Assembly (NCBI GenBank): GCA_028534125.1
Contig: CM052816.1
Span: 51,028,001 to 51,092,000 of the forward strand
DNA from: Lama glama
Lineage: Eukaryota
DNA length: 64,000 nt
Direction: 5' to 3'
Made by a program: the position numbers and the translations under genes. The notes beneath the pieces are model-generated. The model was given only the letters and a program-made list of their open reading frames with translations, did no database searches and was not told the DNA's origin. Positions 26,548 to 40,380 of this stretch are shown piece by piece (position 1 is the stretch's first letter; every line of letters begins with the position of its first letter).

Positions 26548-27910
26548 GGGAAAACTGGATATCCACTTGCAAAAGAACGAAATTGGACCCTTATATCATA
26601 TACAAATACACAAAAATCAACTCAAAACGGCTTAAAATTTTAAACATTAAGACCTAAAGCCATAAAACTCATAAAAGCAAGCATAGGAGAAAAGCTCTTT
26701 GACATTGGTCTTGGTGATGATTTTTTCAATTTGACACCAAAAGCACAAGCAACAAAAGCAAAAATAAACAAGAGGGACTAGATTAAACTAAAAGTTTTCA
26801 CACAGCAAAAGAAACAACAAAATGAAAAGAAAATCAGTGCAATGGGAGAAAATATTTGCAAATCATTCGTCTGATAAGGGGTTAATATCCAAAATATATA
26901 AGGCATACATACAACTCAATAGCAGAAAAATAAATAACCAGATTAAAAAATGGGAAAGGATCTGAATAGATATTTTTTCCAAAGAAGACATACAAATGGC
27001 CAGCAGCTATATGAATAGGTGTTCAACATCACTATAATCAGGGAAATGCAAGTCACAACCACAGCGAGATATCACCCCCTATCTGTTAGGACGGTTATCA
27101 TCAAAAACTCAAATGATAACTAATTCTGGCAAAGATGTGGGTAAAGGGAAGGCTTTTACACTGTTGGTGGGAATGTAAATTCATACTGCCTTTATGGAAA
27201 ACAGTATGGAAGTTCCTCAAAAATTAAGAATAGAACTACCATATCATCCAGCAATCCCACTTCCGGGTGTACTATCTCAAAGAGATATCTGCACTCCCAT
27301 GTTCACTTCGGTATTATCTACAAAAGTCAAGATATGAAAACAACCTAAGTGTCTGCCAACAGATGAATGAATAAAGAAAATGTGGTATTATCTACATATA
27401 TAATGAAATATTATTCAGCCTTAATAAAAGAAATTCTGCCATTTGCAACATCATGAATAAACTGGAAGACACTGTGCAAAGTGAAAGAAGTCAGAGAAAG
27501 ACAAAAACTGCAGGTATCAAATATAAGTAGAATCTAAAAAAGCTGAACAAAACTTTTTAGAGAAACAAAGAAAAGAATGATAGCTATCACAAGCTAGGGG
27601 TGGGGGAATGGAGAGATGTTGGTCAAACGGTACAAACATTCAGTTATAAGATGAAAAGTTTGGAGACTTAATGTACAGCATGGTGGCTATAGCTAATAAT
27701 GTATTGTATACTTGAAATTTGCTAAGGGAATAGGTCTTAAGTATTCTTACTACCAAAAAAAAAGGGGAAAAGAGTAACTATATGAGGAGATGGATATGTT
27801 AACTTGATTGTGGTAATCATTTCACAACACATATGTATATACAATCACCACACGATACTTAAAGTATATACAATTTTATTTGTCAATCATACTTCAATAA
27901 AGTTGAAAAA
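26548..27910 (+). mobile_element. L1 (L1MA9/10-like) 3' fragment
   Basis: gggaaaactggatatcc...aaaaatcaactcaaaa...aaagcaaaaataaacaa...gaactaccatat.atccagcaatcccacttc...tacaattttatttgtcaatcatacttcaataaag; multiple stops. Confidence 0.92.
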
Positions 27911-28983
27911 CAGTAGGAGTCTAATAAGGTAAAAGAATGAGATGAAATAAATTGAAATTAAATTAAATTTTTAAAAAATCTATGGACTATGAACCATAGA
28001 CGTGTTAGTTCTTTTTTGGTTCAGTAGGTCCTAGCAGGATTCCAGAAACTCAGGAGAAAACTCAACATTTTGAAAGCTGCTCAGTCTAGGTTCAGCCTGA
28101 GACAAAAGCTAAGACTGTCGTACTGAAAAAAATATGGATACATTCTAAGGGCTTCCACATAAGTTTAAAATCTGTAACTTTGTGACATCATAATTTGTGT
28201 AGACAAGAGAAGGTCTGCCAGAAATATCTGAGTCCAAAGGATCAATAGGGAACAAAATTATTCTGGGAAAAAATAATTAACTTTTAGGTTTGTATTAACC
28301 TACAGTAATTCACCGAAGACAAGACAGTTAATTTTAGAAAACAACAAGCTAAGTTTTCTTAGAAGTTAGCAATAAAGCTGATACATTCCAAGTCTGCATG
28401 AGTGACTAAATACATTAATCTAAATTGAAATCTGAGCAAAGGTGTGAGATGTGGTGCAGTTTATAGACTACTGAGGAGTAAGACAGCTGCAGAATTGTCC
28501 TGTTATTCTCCAGATTTAATGTCCCTAACACTTCTCCAAACACATATAAAAGCTGTAAAAATGAAATAAGAAAAAAAAGTCAGGATTATATTAAATGGGT
28601 TTACTGTCTCATCTTTGAATTCAGCCTGATTTTTATTTTTATTTATTTTAGGAAAAGGGAATCATAACACTTACTAATCCCTAACAGCCTGCCCTAAGAA
28701 TTTCTATGATAGTTTGTGTGCAAATAGGAAGGACAGCAGAAAGGAAGGAAGGAAGGTGCTAGTAACAAATCAGATTTGGAGCATTTGAGGAACTGTAAGT
28801 GACTAGACTGAATTTAAAGCTTGATTCTTTAGACTGTGTACTTCAAAATTGGTAGTAAGATGAAAATACAGGGGAAAGCTGAGTAAAGCACACACAAAAA
28901 AACCAAATAAAAATGATTATTTTAGGATATAATCATTTTTATGGAATGAAGTAGAAGCGAGTTTTAGATGGAACTAATTAATA

Positions 28984-29119
28984 TTTTTAACTTTACAGTT
29001 TTTAATTAATTAATTTTTAAATTAATTAATTTAAATTAATTTTTAATTAAATTTTTTAACTTTACAGTTAATTCATTTTTTTAACTTTACAGCTAATTCA
29101 TTTTTTTAACTTTACAGTT
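28984..29119. repeat. AT-rich degenerate tandem repeat with four copies of tttttaactttacag
   Basis: Copies end at ~28998, 29067, 29092 and 29117. The last three have a 25-bp period, and a ttaattaat-rich spacer separates the first. Confidence 0.85.
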
Positions 29120-32100
29120 TCCACACTGAATTTTTAACAAATTTTAAACTCTATTCTCAAACTATTTCATTCCATGTTTTATCATTTGGTGAGTTTAATT
29201 TGTTCCATAAAGGAAGCAACAAATGACGGCTAAATGAAAATACAAACTTCAAGAGCTTGGGAACTGTTGGTGAGGAGCCCCGCTTCCTCCCAGAATCCTG
29301 CTCAACTGCACAGAATGAGAAACTCCTCTGAACTTACATAACCTTAAGTTAAAGAATAAAAATGCAGCTAATAGGAGAGAATCAGATTAAAAAGGACGAG
29401 CTCTCACTAATTACTCAGCCAAGGCTTTTATGGGAAGTAGCAATAAAGGTTTCATATATTTCGCACTTCTCCCTAGAATAGGTTTTACCAAATTTTAGTA
29501 AAGATACATGGAAAGATTCCTTTCTGAGCATTAACTTAAATCTCATTTTCAATTCTTATTTTTAGATGCTGAGTCCTGTGGTTGGCATTACAGAAGTGTT
29601 TCTGGAGGGTGGCCATGTTGCCGATGATTTTTAATGGCTGCCAAAGAAGAAAAAACATTCTAACTTGGAAGGAGTAATTCAGGCCAGAAAAGAAAGCACA
29701 AGGCAGGCTAGATGCAAACCATCTATGTTAAACAAATGCAGCCATGCTGAAACAATATAATTTGTGCTTCAGACAAAAAAATATTGTGATACTCTTACAG
29801 GTTACAGAGAATCATACAAGAAATGTTATAAAAATGATCCTTTTGGGTACTGGAGAAAATCAGAACATCTGTCTCAAACATTGTGTTCTGGATAGACACC
29901 CATTCCTAGCCCCAAAGTCTTTTTTCTTGCCAAACTAAAGCAGATACATGAGCTGGAGGAGGTGGGAGGCAAGGTCTTGGCCATTTGGGCATGTGGACCG
30001 AGGTTGGGATGAAGAAAGTTCAAAAAAGACCTGGGATCTAGTTCCATATCTGCCATTTGCTAAAAATGAACCCTAAGTAGGTACCCATCTGAACCTCTAT
30101 TTCTCAGTAATAAAAATAGGATTATAATTCTTGCTCTCTCAAAGTCATTAGGAGGATCAGGGAACTGATCAATTATAAGGTGATAGTAAACTTGGGGACT
30201 AAATAATAAGTCCTTATAAATTGAACTTCTTAAAAAGGAAACATGTCTTTCTGGCTTGCTGGCTTAAAAAAGCAGGATGGAACTTCAGCTTTTCCAACAA
30301 ATTATAGCAGAACAAGTGGGAGAGGTATTAGAGAGTACCAATTAATGTTTAAGAACTGCAAGATACTAAGAGTGAAATTTTAGTTTAATTGTTGGGTAGA
30401 GTTTCTTTGGTGCCCAGGGGACTGACAGGTGGTCGATTCAGCATTTAGGTATACCCACAGGCACTTTTAGTTGCATATCACTCAGTGCCATGTCACAGAT
30501 GATACAGGATCTTACTAGACTCTCAATCAACATGAGTCTTTCTCAGACTCCATCCTTCTCAGTCTCACTTGGACAAAGCTCTCCAAAAAAAAAAAAGTCC
30601 AGCTTATCTGACTCCAATAGGGTGTTGAATTTCTTGTGTCAGAGCTCTAGAAAGAAGACACTATTCTTAGCTGGGTTTACTTGGGAAATGTTTAGCAGTG
30701 GCTGTTAGCTATTCTAGGAATGACACTGAATTTGGATGGAATCAGGTTGGTACCTCCACTAGAGGAATGTCTACTCTGGTGAGGAAGGGAGCATGGGGAT
30801 TATTACTTCAATTTGAATGTTTAAAACATCCTGTGGGTAAACAGAAGTTCCTGCAACCCAGTTCCTCAGCATAATTTACCCATGGCTCTGAGTTTTCTCA
30901 GGAAAGGTGAGGGGTACTTCTAGTCAGCATGAACCTAATCATCACGTTAACTGGTTAAATTCACTACATCTTTCATTGATGAAAGACAAAAACTTTAGAT
31001 ACAAGGAGAATCATTGAACATCTTCCCAAAACATACCTCAGATATCTCCCTAAACAGCTTACTGTAATTCCTGGCACCCAATACTGGCATAAATGTGTGG
31101 CCCACTCCAGTGTCTTATAAGTCATAGATAAATTCACTCAGGATGCCAGAGAGACTTTATGAAGCAAAAAACAACCATAGGGCTCAGTTGACATTTGAAA
31201 GCAGAATAATATGTAGGCAAAGTTTACCTAGTTGACAAATTTACATAGAGTGTGCTCTAGACATGAAAAGCAGTAGATCACAGTCCATTTCTAGGTTTTC
31301 CTAAGTTCACAGTACATATCCAACCTCTTGTATTCCTCTGTTCAAGAAGACTTATCTATAATAGTTCTACACAAATTCACTTCCAATCACTGGGTCATTT
31401 AATCTAGATAACTATAGGAGTTAATATCTATAAAGCACCTAGAAAAACCCCTGGCACATAATATTCTTTATATAAATATCTGTTAAATAAAAAATTAAAG
31501 ATCTTAATAATCCATTCTTAAACAAGTCAACATAATTATAAACTCCTTGGAGCTTTTTAAAGAATTTCCTACAGTTCTATCAGAGTTCTAGGAACATACT
31601 AGACATGTAATAAACACTACTTTCTAACTGATTCATTTCAAATATTTATTGAATACCTGTAGAGTTATTCAAAATTAACTGAACACTTCTTAAAGTTATT
31701 TCCAGTGCCTAAGTTACATATGAACATGCAGGCAAACCAGTTTATAAAGAAGACATCACAGTTATTTCTTTACTCTTGCAGATGCCTGTTACGCATCCTG
31801 CACATCACCTGGCAGGCCTCAATCCTGCATCTAATTCATCCAGATCAGGTAGCATCACAGAATTGACAGAATTGGCAGCTCCGTGTGGTTCTTCATATCC
31901 TCAGATCTGAGAGGACAAAGTGATCAGAATACAAGGTTCTGGACATATCCCCAAAAGAAGTCACTCACTGTACAATCTGGGGTGCAGGGAACCACCACTC
32001 CTGAGATAAGTAAGGGCAAAGCTCTATACTCTATATCACATGCTGGATTCCTTGATCCCTGGCAGTGCTACCTATTATACGGCCTAAAATAGCCATCTTC

Positions 32101-33609
32101 CTTAAGGAACTTTTCTGAGTCTAAAAGTTACTACTCTTTCCCTTTCTCAGCATATTTGCCCTGTTTAAAGAATAATTCTTCCTGGGGGAAAATTATTTAT
32201 ATATGTAACAAATAGATTAAGGTAAGTAATGAGTTCCTTATACTCACATTTTCACATTCAATTCTTATACTTATTTTTTCTTTCAAACACTCCTCACTTT
32301 CCCCATGTGAATTGCTCTATTTCTAGAACTTCTCTTTCTCCTCTCTATCTGCATTTCTTGAAAATCAAGATTCAGTTTACAAGAGTCATTTTCCCAATAC
32401 ATAGTGTTTGCCATTCAACAGCATCCACACGAGCATCAGCTCCGTGTCCAGTTCACCAAATTTTAGCCTCCTTGCCTCTTTCTCAAATGAGCTGCTTTCC
32501 AAAAAATCAACTCCCAAGCTTCAGACTTTTCTTGCTCCCCATGCTCATTGGAAGGCTCTAATATGCCTGCCTCTTAATCCATTGTCAGTTATATTTTATT
32601 GACTTCTTTTAGTAAAACATTTCTAAAGATGATCAATAAGCCTGTACCTCACAACCTCTTCAATGCCTAGGGCATCTATTTCTCCACAATTTGGTAGACA
32701 TCTACATAGTCTCAGTCCTCGATTCACATGGTCTGTTTCCACCCATGGGTCAAAAACCCATACAGTTCAGCACATCCATAACTCACTTCATAGGTCATAT
32801 TTCATCAAACCCTAAAAAAAAATGCTGCACTAAAATCTAGTCAGATAATCTATTGTTACTCTCTTTAGTTCTCTAACAAATCTATTGCTCCAAGAACGGT
32901 ACTTAGCATGTCCAGAGAGTTGTTCATGTAGAAACACAACTATGGGTAAGATTATTATCTCCACTCCGTTAGAGGCAGGCCCAAGAAATTCCTGAGACTA
33001 GAGATGATCTAACACGAAATTTCCTTTCAGAAAAGTGACTTCCTTTATTTCATTGGTCTCAAGGCATCTCTTTAACTCCTCATTCCATATAATAAGGATT
33101 TCAGAGGAAATTCATTTTTTAGGCAAGAGAAGAAATGTAAAGACCTCAAAACAAGACCTCAGGGGTGTTTTTCTGGTGTGTGTATTACCCAAGCTGATTC
33201 TGACTTTCATTCAACCACTGAAAGACAAAGGGATTTGAACTTTGCTTTTCCTTAATCTGAACGTAATCATCACCTTCGTGGTACCCCACAAACACATACA
33301 GTTACCCTCACCCTCCAACAAAAATAAACCCATCCCTACCACGAGCTTCCCAAGGGTAGCTACCTCCTCTTCCACTAACATTGCCATCATGTCACCTTTC
33401 CCAGCCCTCTGCTCTCCAGGTTCAAGGGCATGAGCAAGGAATAGAAGGCTGTCACCTTCATCACCCTGACTTCCACCAGGATTACAGATTCCATAATATA
33501 ACTGAATGGTTCTTAGATGTGTAGAATGTCTGAATTGTAAAGGTAACTGGAGATTAGATGTTGAGTAAATGTTACCTATTATTCTACCAAACTCTAAGCA
33601 AGACCTGTA

Positions 33610-33735
33610 GCTGAATTTTCTCATCAGTGTGTCTCAGCACCAACCAGAGTATCTGGTACATAGAAGGTAGTCAATATCTATTTGCTGCATAAATGAACAA
33701 AAAAATGAGTAAATGAATGAATGAATAAATGAGAT
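33610..33735 (+). mobile_element. L2 3' end with (ATGA)n tail
   Basis: cagcacc...tctggtacatagaaggtagtcaatatctatttgctg.ataaatgaa...aatgaatgaatgaataaatga. Confidence 0.75.
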
Positions 33736-36700
33736 CACTTATTCCAAATATCTGTTTTAAGGATGACAATGCTATATAGCATTAATGATAGACACTTCAT
33801 ATTTGCTTTCTGTCTTAGAGCATTTGCATCCTTAAATAATATAAAACTAATTTAAATGAGTTGCCCAGTTCCTCACAGTCCTAATACCAATGATTTAGTG
33901 CTCCTAAACTCAAAAAAAAAAATCCTGTGGGTGAGAAATCAGCTCCAATAAGAAGTTATTAAATATAACAATAGGACTATGTGAATCTATATGAGTTTAT
34001 AGGGACACAGCCTGAAATTGAAAGTATGTGTGCTGTATTAACAAAATACATGAATATTAATAAAATATGTACTATAACTTAACATATGCACTACAATTTA
34101 GATGGTATTATGCTACTCGAGCATTTGATAATCCCTGACTGCATAATTAATATCACCTTGATATTAATAAGAGAATGCCAACCTGATGACAATTTTGCTA
34201 CTTTGCCTATTGATCATTTGTTTCAAATTAGCTATAAAATCAAATTGTCCTTTGTGAAAAATACAAATAGTGGGGTGATTAAAAACAGAAATAAGGTGTT
34301 TTTACAACAGTAAGTGAAATGTATACCTCTGTTTCAAAACTGCAGTATTCAATTATTCAATGCACTGAATTCAGTGCAGAATTCAAAGTGCTCACTAAAG
34401 AGAAAAGTGGAGAATTTCAGCAATTACCCATCTATTTCAAAAGAGGGAATATGTTTTGCTTATTCCATTAGGTTATCTCATACAAAACTGAGGGATGGCT
34501 TTGGTTCACATGATCTAAGAAGTCTGTTTTCTCCTAAAAAGCTGGTATATACATGTAATGAATAATCTTTATTCCATGGGAAAACTTAATTTTAGTGTGA
34601 TTCACTGGTCACCTATACATTTATTACAAAATGCGTTACATTTTATTACATTACTAATTTAAAATAAAGGAGCATATAAAATGAATATGTTGATCTATAG
34701 AGGAGGAGGAAATACCATTGTTCATTTACCTAAATATTACATAATAAAAATCATCTTTGACTTTAAATATAAATGAATCTGACTAGACACAAAATGCCTT
34801 CCTTCACTCCTGACTGACTGTCATGTGGACTTCTCAGAGTCCACTATTTACATCATGAGAGATAAAGCCTACTTCATTCTGTTCTGAATCAAGTACCAGC
34901 TGATAGAAAAGCAATGAATCATTGACTTAGTCTTCTTTGAGTAAGGAAGAACAGATTGTGTGTGTTAATCCATCTACTTAAAAGGGAAATATTTTGAGGA
35001 TTTTTTTTTAAAGGAAACTTGAATCCTAAAAATAAATAAATGCAGATTTGGGGGAATTCATTTATACGAAAAGACTGGGTGTGTCTACATTTTCCTTATT
35101 GATGACTGGAATCAATTAAGTAACTTAATCAGCAAAACTTGTTAGTAGGATAGAACTGGAAATAAATTTACTTCTTCTGACAAGTTTTCTATTAGAGATA
35201 TTAAGGAACAACTGATGTCTCTTGGAAAAGACTAAAAACAACACCCTCTTTGGCATCAGCTATGTGTTTTCTTTGGTATGATTTTCCCTGGTTTTCCACG
35301 GGCAAACAGAATTTGCTTAAAGACACCTCTCCCTGTTCTGCCTGGCTGTTCTCCATGGGAATCAAAGCTCCCTATGCGATGATAAGTCTGGCTTCCTACA
35401 GCAAATGGAGCTGATACCCTGAGACCGATGAGGCCTGTTTCCCCAGGGCAATGAGCCTACTGAAGAGATCAACCATAGAAAGGGAAAACATTTTCCATTA
35501 CCAAAAGCAAATACAGAAAGCCAGAAGGAAAGAGAAACCCTTGGTTGTGAGAGTGTAAAGGTTGGTTCAGAGAACATCTGCTGCCTTCTAAAGAATCTAT
35601 TATGGAGGACACAATCTCTTTGTCTCAATGGACGTCTTGCAAGGTCTATGCAGCAAAACTTCAAAAAAATTGTGAGTGTGAGGACACAGTGCAGGGGCTT
35701 AATTCAGTTTCTATTTTGACATTCTAACAAAGAAATGCGGCTATTTGGGAGAACTCTCCTGACTACAAAGGAACCATCTGGGACTAATTATGATATCCAG
35801 CATTATTTGAAACCATCATTTAATTTTGGGGTTTTTTGAGTTTCTAATGTACTTAAATAAGGTTTCCCCTATCCCTACCATATACGTACACACATACACA
35901 CACATATATCCAAAGCTTTCACAGAGTTGTATGAGGATTATCTCGATGAGTGGCAGAGAGTTCCAAAATTCGCCAGGACTTTAAAACTGGAAATCACTTT
36001 CTAAGTCTTCTTCAACAGATAACAATAATGGTTCCAGAACAAATTAGTGCCTTACATCACTGGAGCATTACATCTGTACACCATGAGTGCAGTATACTCT
36101 TGTCCCTGCAATATGTGAGTTTTTTGCATTCAAGAAACATTCCAGATCCAGAATAAGTGAGACCCTGCCCCTCCACTTTACTGAAAACTCTTATGGGAGC
36201 CACAAGGCCATAAAGAGCTTATATATCATCTCCTTCTCCCAAAGGGTCAGAGACTGAGCAAGATAAAATAAATCCTTTCTCTTGCATGATATTAGCTAGA
36301 TGTAGAAGGTTTTTTGGTGGCATTCTTTCTTCTCCTTAAGCAGTATTTCAAAGCTTCCCTTTTGAGAGAATAGCTTCAAAGAGGCTTCAGAATGCTCTAA
36401 AATTGTTTTACTTCTGTTTTCAGTTATAAACTGAAAACTGAATTTGCAAAGGAGGTAACATGAGTTTCAGTGGATGATTATCTCTCCAATTATAAGGAAA
36501 GACACGAACCTTACAAAAGAAGAAGGAAGACTGTCATCCTCTTTTACTACAGAGTAGTTTCCTTTTCCCACAAAAGAGCTGTAGTCAACATGTTGAGAAA
36601 AATCAATGACCATGAGATTTGTGAGAAAGTCTTCTGATTCTACCCTTTTATCCTGCTGGCCATTTCTCTACCCCCGAGTCTGGCTGAACCAAGAGAAAGA

Positions 36701-37914
36701 GGGAAGAGAACAACTTGACTACTTGTGGATCTCTGGCAAAAGGTTTAGTGTAGGACAAGGTTCAATCTAATGTCTAAAATAAATTTTTAAAATATCATTG
36801 GTACAAATTCAGTCTGTTCCCCATTACCAGAGATACCAGGAATTAACTGTTATTTTGCTTCCACTTGATTCCCTGTAGGGACAAAACCACAGTTTTAATG
36901 CCAACACATGCACATTCTAACATTACAGTAAACGTTTTTCTGACGCATTTACAGATTCACAAAAAAAGAGAGATAAACTGAAACATTTGGCTAAGGCTTA
37001 GTTAGAATCACTGAGAGTCAATAATATTTCAGAAAGTGGTACAATGTAGAAATTACTAAGCTCATTCTTTAAAAACCCTCAGGTCAGAGTTTGAATTACT
37101 AGAAAAAGAAAGAAATGCAAATTGTTTATTGTTTTCACATGTACAGTAAATTCAGAAAATTGTACTTTTTTGGAGAACCATATGGGAGAGAGAGACTTCT
37201 TTTCATCAGGAGTGGTTTTGCTTATTGTGCCAAGAGCTAAAAAGATGTTTTTAATAACCAAAACCATTTTGTTACACAATCTGCCTAAACCTTACTTGTA
37301 AGAGAGATGAAGATCCCTTGGGTAGGAAATAGAGGGTGACAGGGGAGTTGTGTGAGATGAGAAAAGTTGTGCAAGAAACACAAACCAAAGGGAAGCATCT
37401 TTAACTCATGGCTGATAGAAAAACTGCTTTGCATATTTCAGTGAGGAGCCATGGGTTACTGAGGCTCCTTTTGTAAATGAGACGTCTTTGTTTATGAGAG
37501 GAAATGTGACAATGAATTGGGTACTGCAAATATGTCCCCTAAATACCCAAGTTTGGTGCAAGTGAAGGACTCACCCAACAAGAGGATCTCAAAGATGACT
37601 GTTCTTTGAAAACAACTTTGAACCAAGGGAAGGCCAGAATCCTGTCTCAGAGCCTAGGAAAAAAGCATTCTCAGGAATGAGAGTGATCCCGAGAGGGTCA
37701 CACAGATGTGTCTCCCTAGACCTGTGTTTAAAAAAAGATACATCAAAAACTAGTGCCAGACCATTATAAAGTGTCATGGTTCATGATGAAGTAAGAAAAT
37801 TAAGGAAAGTGTAGTGCATTTTTCATGAAGCTAAATAAACTCATTGTAAAGGACAGTCCTTTATTATAAGATTGGATCCTTCCTATAGTTCTCAAGTTAA
37901 AATACGTTTCAATA

Positions 37915-37997
37915 TATTACACTGAACCACAGGAAATTGCCAATATTCAACTGTTTTTGACCTACAAAAATGGCAATTTCCTTCATTTCAATATAAC
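37915..37997. mobile_element. MADE2-like mariner MITE (~80 bp, imperfect palindrome)
   Basis: tattacactgaaccacaggaaattgccaatattcaactgtttttgacctacaaaaatggcaatttc...ttcaatataa, with inverted arms gaaattgcca / tggcaatttc. Confidence 0.75.
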
Positions 37998-38479
37998 AGT
38001 AAATGACAATGATTGGCTATGGGAGATTGTAATGGCTTTGTGTGGCAAAATATAGACCTGGTAACCATATGTCAGTACAGAGATTTATTTTTGAACATTT
38101 TCTATTCCATAAAATCCATATAACTATAAACTGCTACTAGAGAGTGTCTCAATCAGCAGCCTTCTACATTTTGACTATTGTAAAATAAAACAAAACAAAA
38201 TTTTAAAAAAGGAAGACAAATCCAGATGCTGAATAGAATGTTACGTTATGGACACTGGAAGCTAGCTTCATACAAAGGAGAGGCTGGAACTCCTGACTCT
38301 TGGGACACCAGGAGCATCATAAACACATACGAGGCAGGACACTGGGCTAAGAAAGACTTTCCAATCCCTGCCCTCATCTGATCAGGAAAGGAAATTGTTG
38401 ATCATTCTCATTCATATTCCTCCAATGGAAGGACACAGAAGTTGATCCTCCACTGGAAAGCAAAGGTAAAAGTCTACTG

Positions 38480-39060
38480 GTGGTTTGGCTAAAAAATAGG
38501 AGTTACAGAAAGCAGGGCATGGTTCCTGCAAGATTAAGAAGAATAATGCAGTCCTCTGGTTCTTAAAAAAGATACCTGCCCAATGTCCAAAAACAGGGGG
38601 GATGGTAGACAGGATATCTTTATTGACCCTGCCAATCACCACTCAAACACACCTGACTGAACTACAATGGACCAAACTGGATTCTCTCTGGGTGGAAATT
38701 TGAATTTATAGAAGGTGAACTAGAAGGTGCTGAGGACTTGAGTCTGAGGCTGCTGTTTTGGAATGGGTATAATGAAGCCATGTGAAAGCAGAGAATTGAA
38801 GAGAGAAAAAGTGAAGCAAACATACAGAAGTGATGAGAGATCTTACACCAAAGAGAAAGAGGCAGAAAAACGAGGTAGAGAAAGTAGCTCACTTGGTTCC
38901 AGACTATATTCCAGTTTCAGGACCAGCTGCTCAAGAAGACCTTGCTGGGTCTTAGTAACGAGACCCTTGGGATCCATGAGATACCCCTGAGACTAATGTT
39001 TCTTTACTTAAGCCAATGCAGGGGAGTTTCTGGGTCTGGTAAACAAAAGAGTCGTGCTGA
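38480..39060 (+). mobile_element. Old ERVL/MaLR-class solo LTR (subfamily uncertain)
   Basis: Typical LTR body and 3' end (ttacttaagcca...gagtttctg...aaacaaaagagtc.tg.ctgaa); heavily diverged. Confidence 0.5.
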
Positions 39061-39269
39061 ATTCTAAAATGATTTATTTAATGGGAGAAGAAACTGGATT
39101 ATAATCAGAACTGGCTGAGAGTAACAGCAACCTGATAATATATTACTCCTTTTATATCTATATCTCTGTTTCATATATAGTTCATCCTTTGCTCTTTCTT
39201 TACTCTTATGTGGCAGTTGTGGTAACTCAGATGTAACTCGCAATTTGGATATACTTCTAACCTTGATGA

Positions 39270-39770
39270 CAAATCAGTAACCTTTGGCTGCATAACAAAC
39301 CTCTCCAAGACACAGTGGCTGAAAACAACCATGTTTTAGCCAGAATTCTGCAGGTGGGCAACTAGCTGACTTCAGCTTGGCAGTTCTTCAGGTCTCAGCT
39401 AGGCTTGCTAGATATCTGTGGTCAGCTGCTGGGTCAGCTGGGTGCTGGCTAGTCTAGGGTGGCCTCTGCTCAGATGGCTTGTCTCTCTTTCAGGTGGTCT
39501 CTCATCCTCTAGCAGGCTCTTCCCCCATAATTATTTACTTGGAAGCTGAGTAGGGTTCCAGGAGAACAGGTGGATGCCTGGGCTCAGATTCGACCCAGCA
39601 TCACTTCTGCTGCTTTCCACTGAAAACAAATCATCAGGCCAACCCAGATTCAAATGCTGGGAAAATATACTCAATCTCTTAAGGGGAGCAGCTGCACAGT
39701 TACATAACAAGGATTGCAGATGGAGAGAGGGGAATAATAGTGGCCATTTTGCAAACAGTCCATCACAGGT
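39270..39770 (-). mobile_element. MLT1 (G/H-like) solo LTR
   Basis: tcagt...gctgcataacaaac.tctccaa.ac.cagtggct.aaaacaac...ggtcagctg...gcatcacttctgc...aggccaacccagattcaa. Confidence 0.75.
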
Positions 39771-40094
39771 GGCCTCCTAAAGTAGGGTCTATTAACAAAA
39801 GAGACATGGAATAGTGCTTAGTCCATCTCTGCTCTAAGACCGTCCTGGAGAAAAGCTATTTTCCGTTTCACTACTGGCTTCCTCCTGTCATATACAAAGT
39901 CACAGGACACAGAGGAACGAATCTAGGGCGTGGGCTCACAAGGCTGAACTGTGGACTGGGATGGTTGCAAGACTAGAGCCTAGAAGCCGAGAAAATGGAG
40001 GCAGCTGGTTTTAACTGTCTAAGAGAAAAATCTTTCCAAAGAAGAGTACTGCAAACACTCTCAGAGTCTGAGATGGTGCATTTTGACCATGGCA

Positions 40095-40380
40095 CTTTAA
40101 ATATAAACATCTCGTTGTAAGATGAGTAAGTTCTGGGGATCTAATATACATATTTCTTATAACTAATAATACTGTATTATATATTTGAAAGTTGCTAAGT
40201 GATTTGCACCACAAAAAGATACTGTAATTATGCAACACAATGGAGGTGTTAGCTAATGCTACTATGTTAATTAATTTGCAATATGTAATGTATGAAATCA
40301 ACAGGTTGTACACTTTAAACTTACAAAGTGTTATATGTCAATTATATCTCAATAAAGCTGGGATAAAATAAGAAAATCAA
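40095..40380 (+). mobile_element. L1 (L1MA/MB-like) 3' UTR end
   Basis: taagatgagtaagttctggggatctaat...aataatactgtatt.tat.tttgaaagttgctaag...gttatatgtcaattatatctcaataaagctggg. Confidence 0.8.

Noticed and set aside
28984..29119. CRISPR-like repeat-spacer array
   Set aside because: Eukaryotic context, low-complexity units, no unique spacers and no cas genes; this is a slippage repeat.
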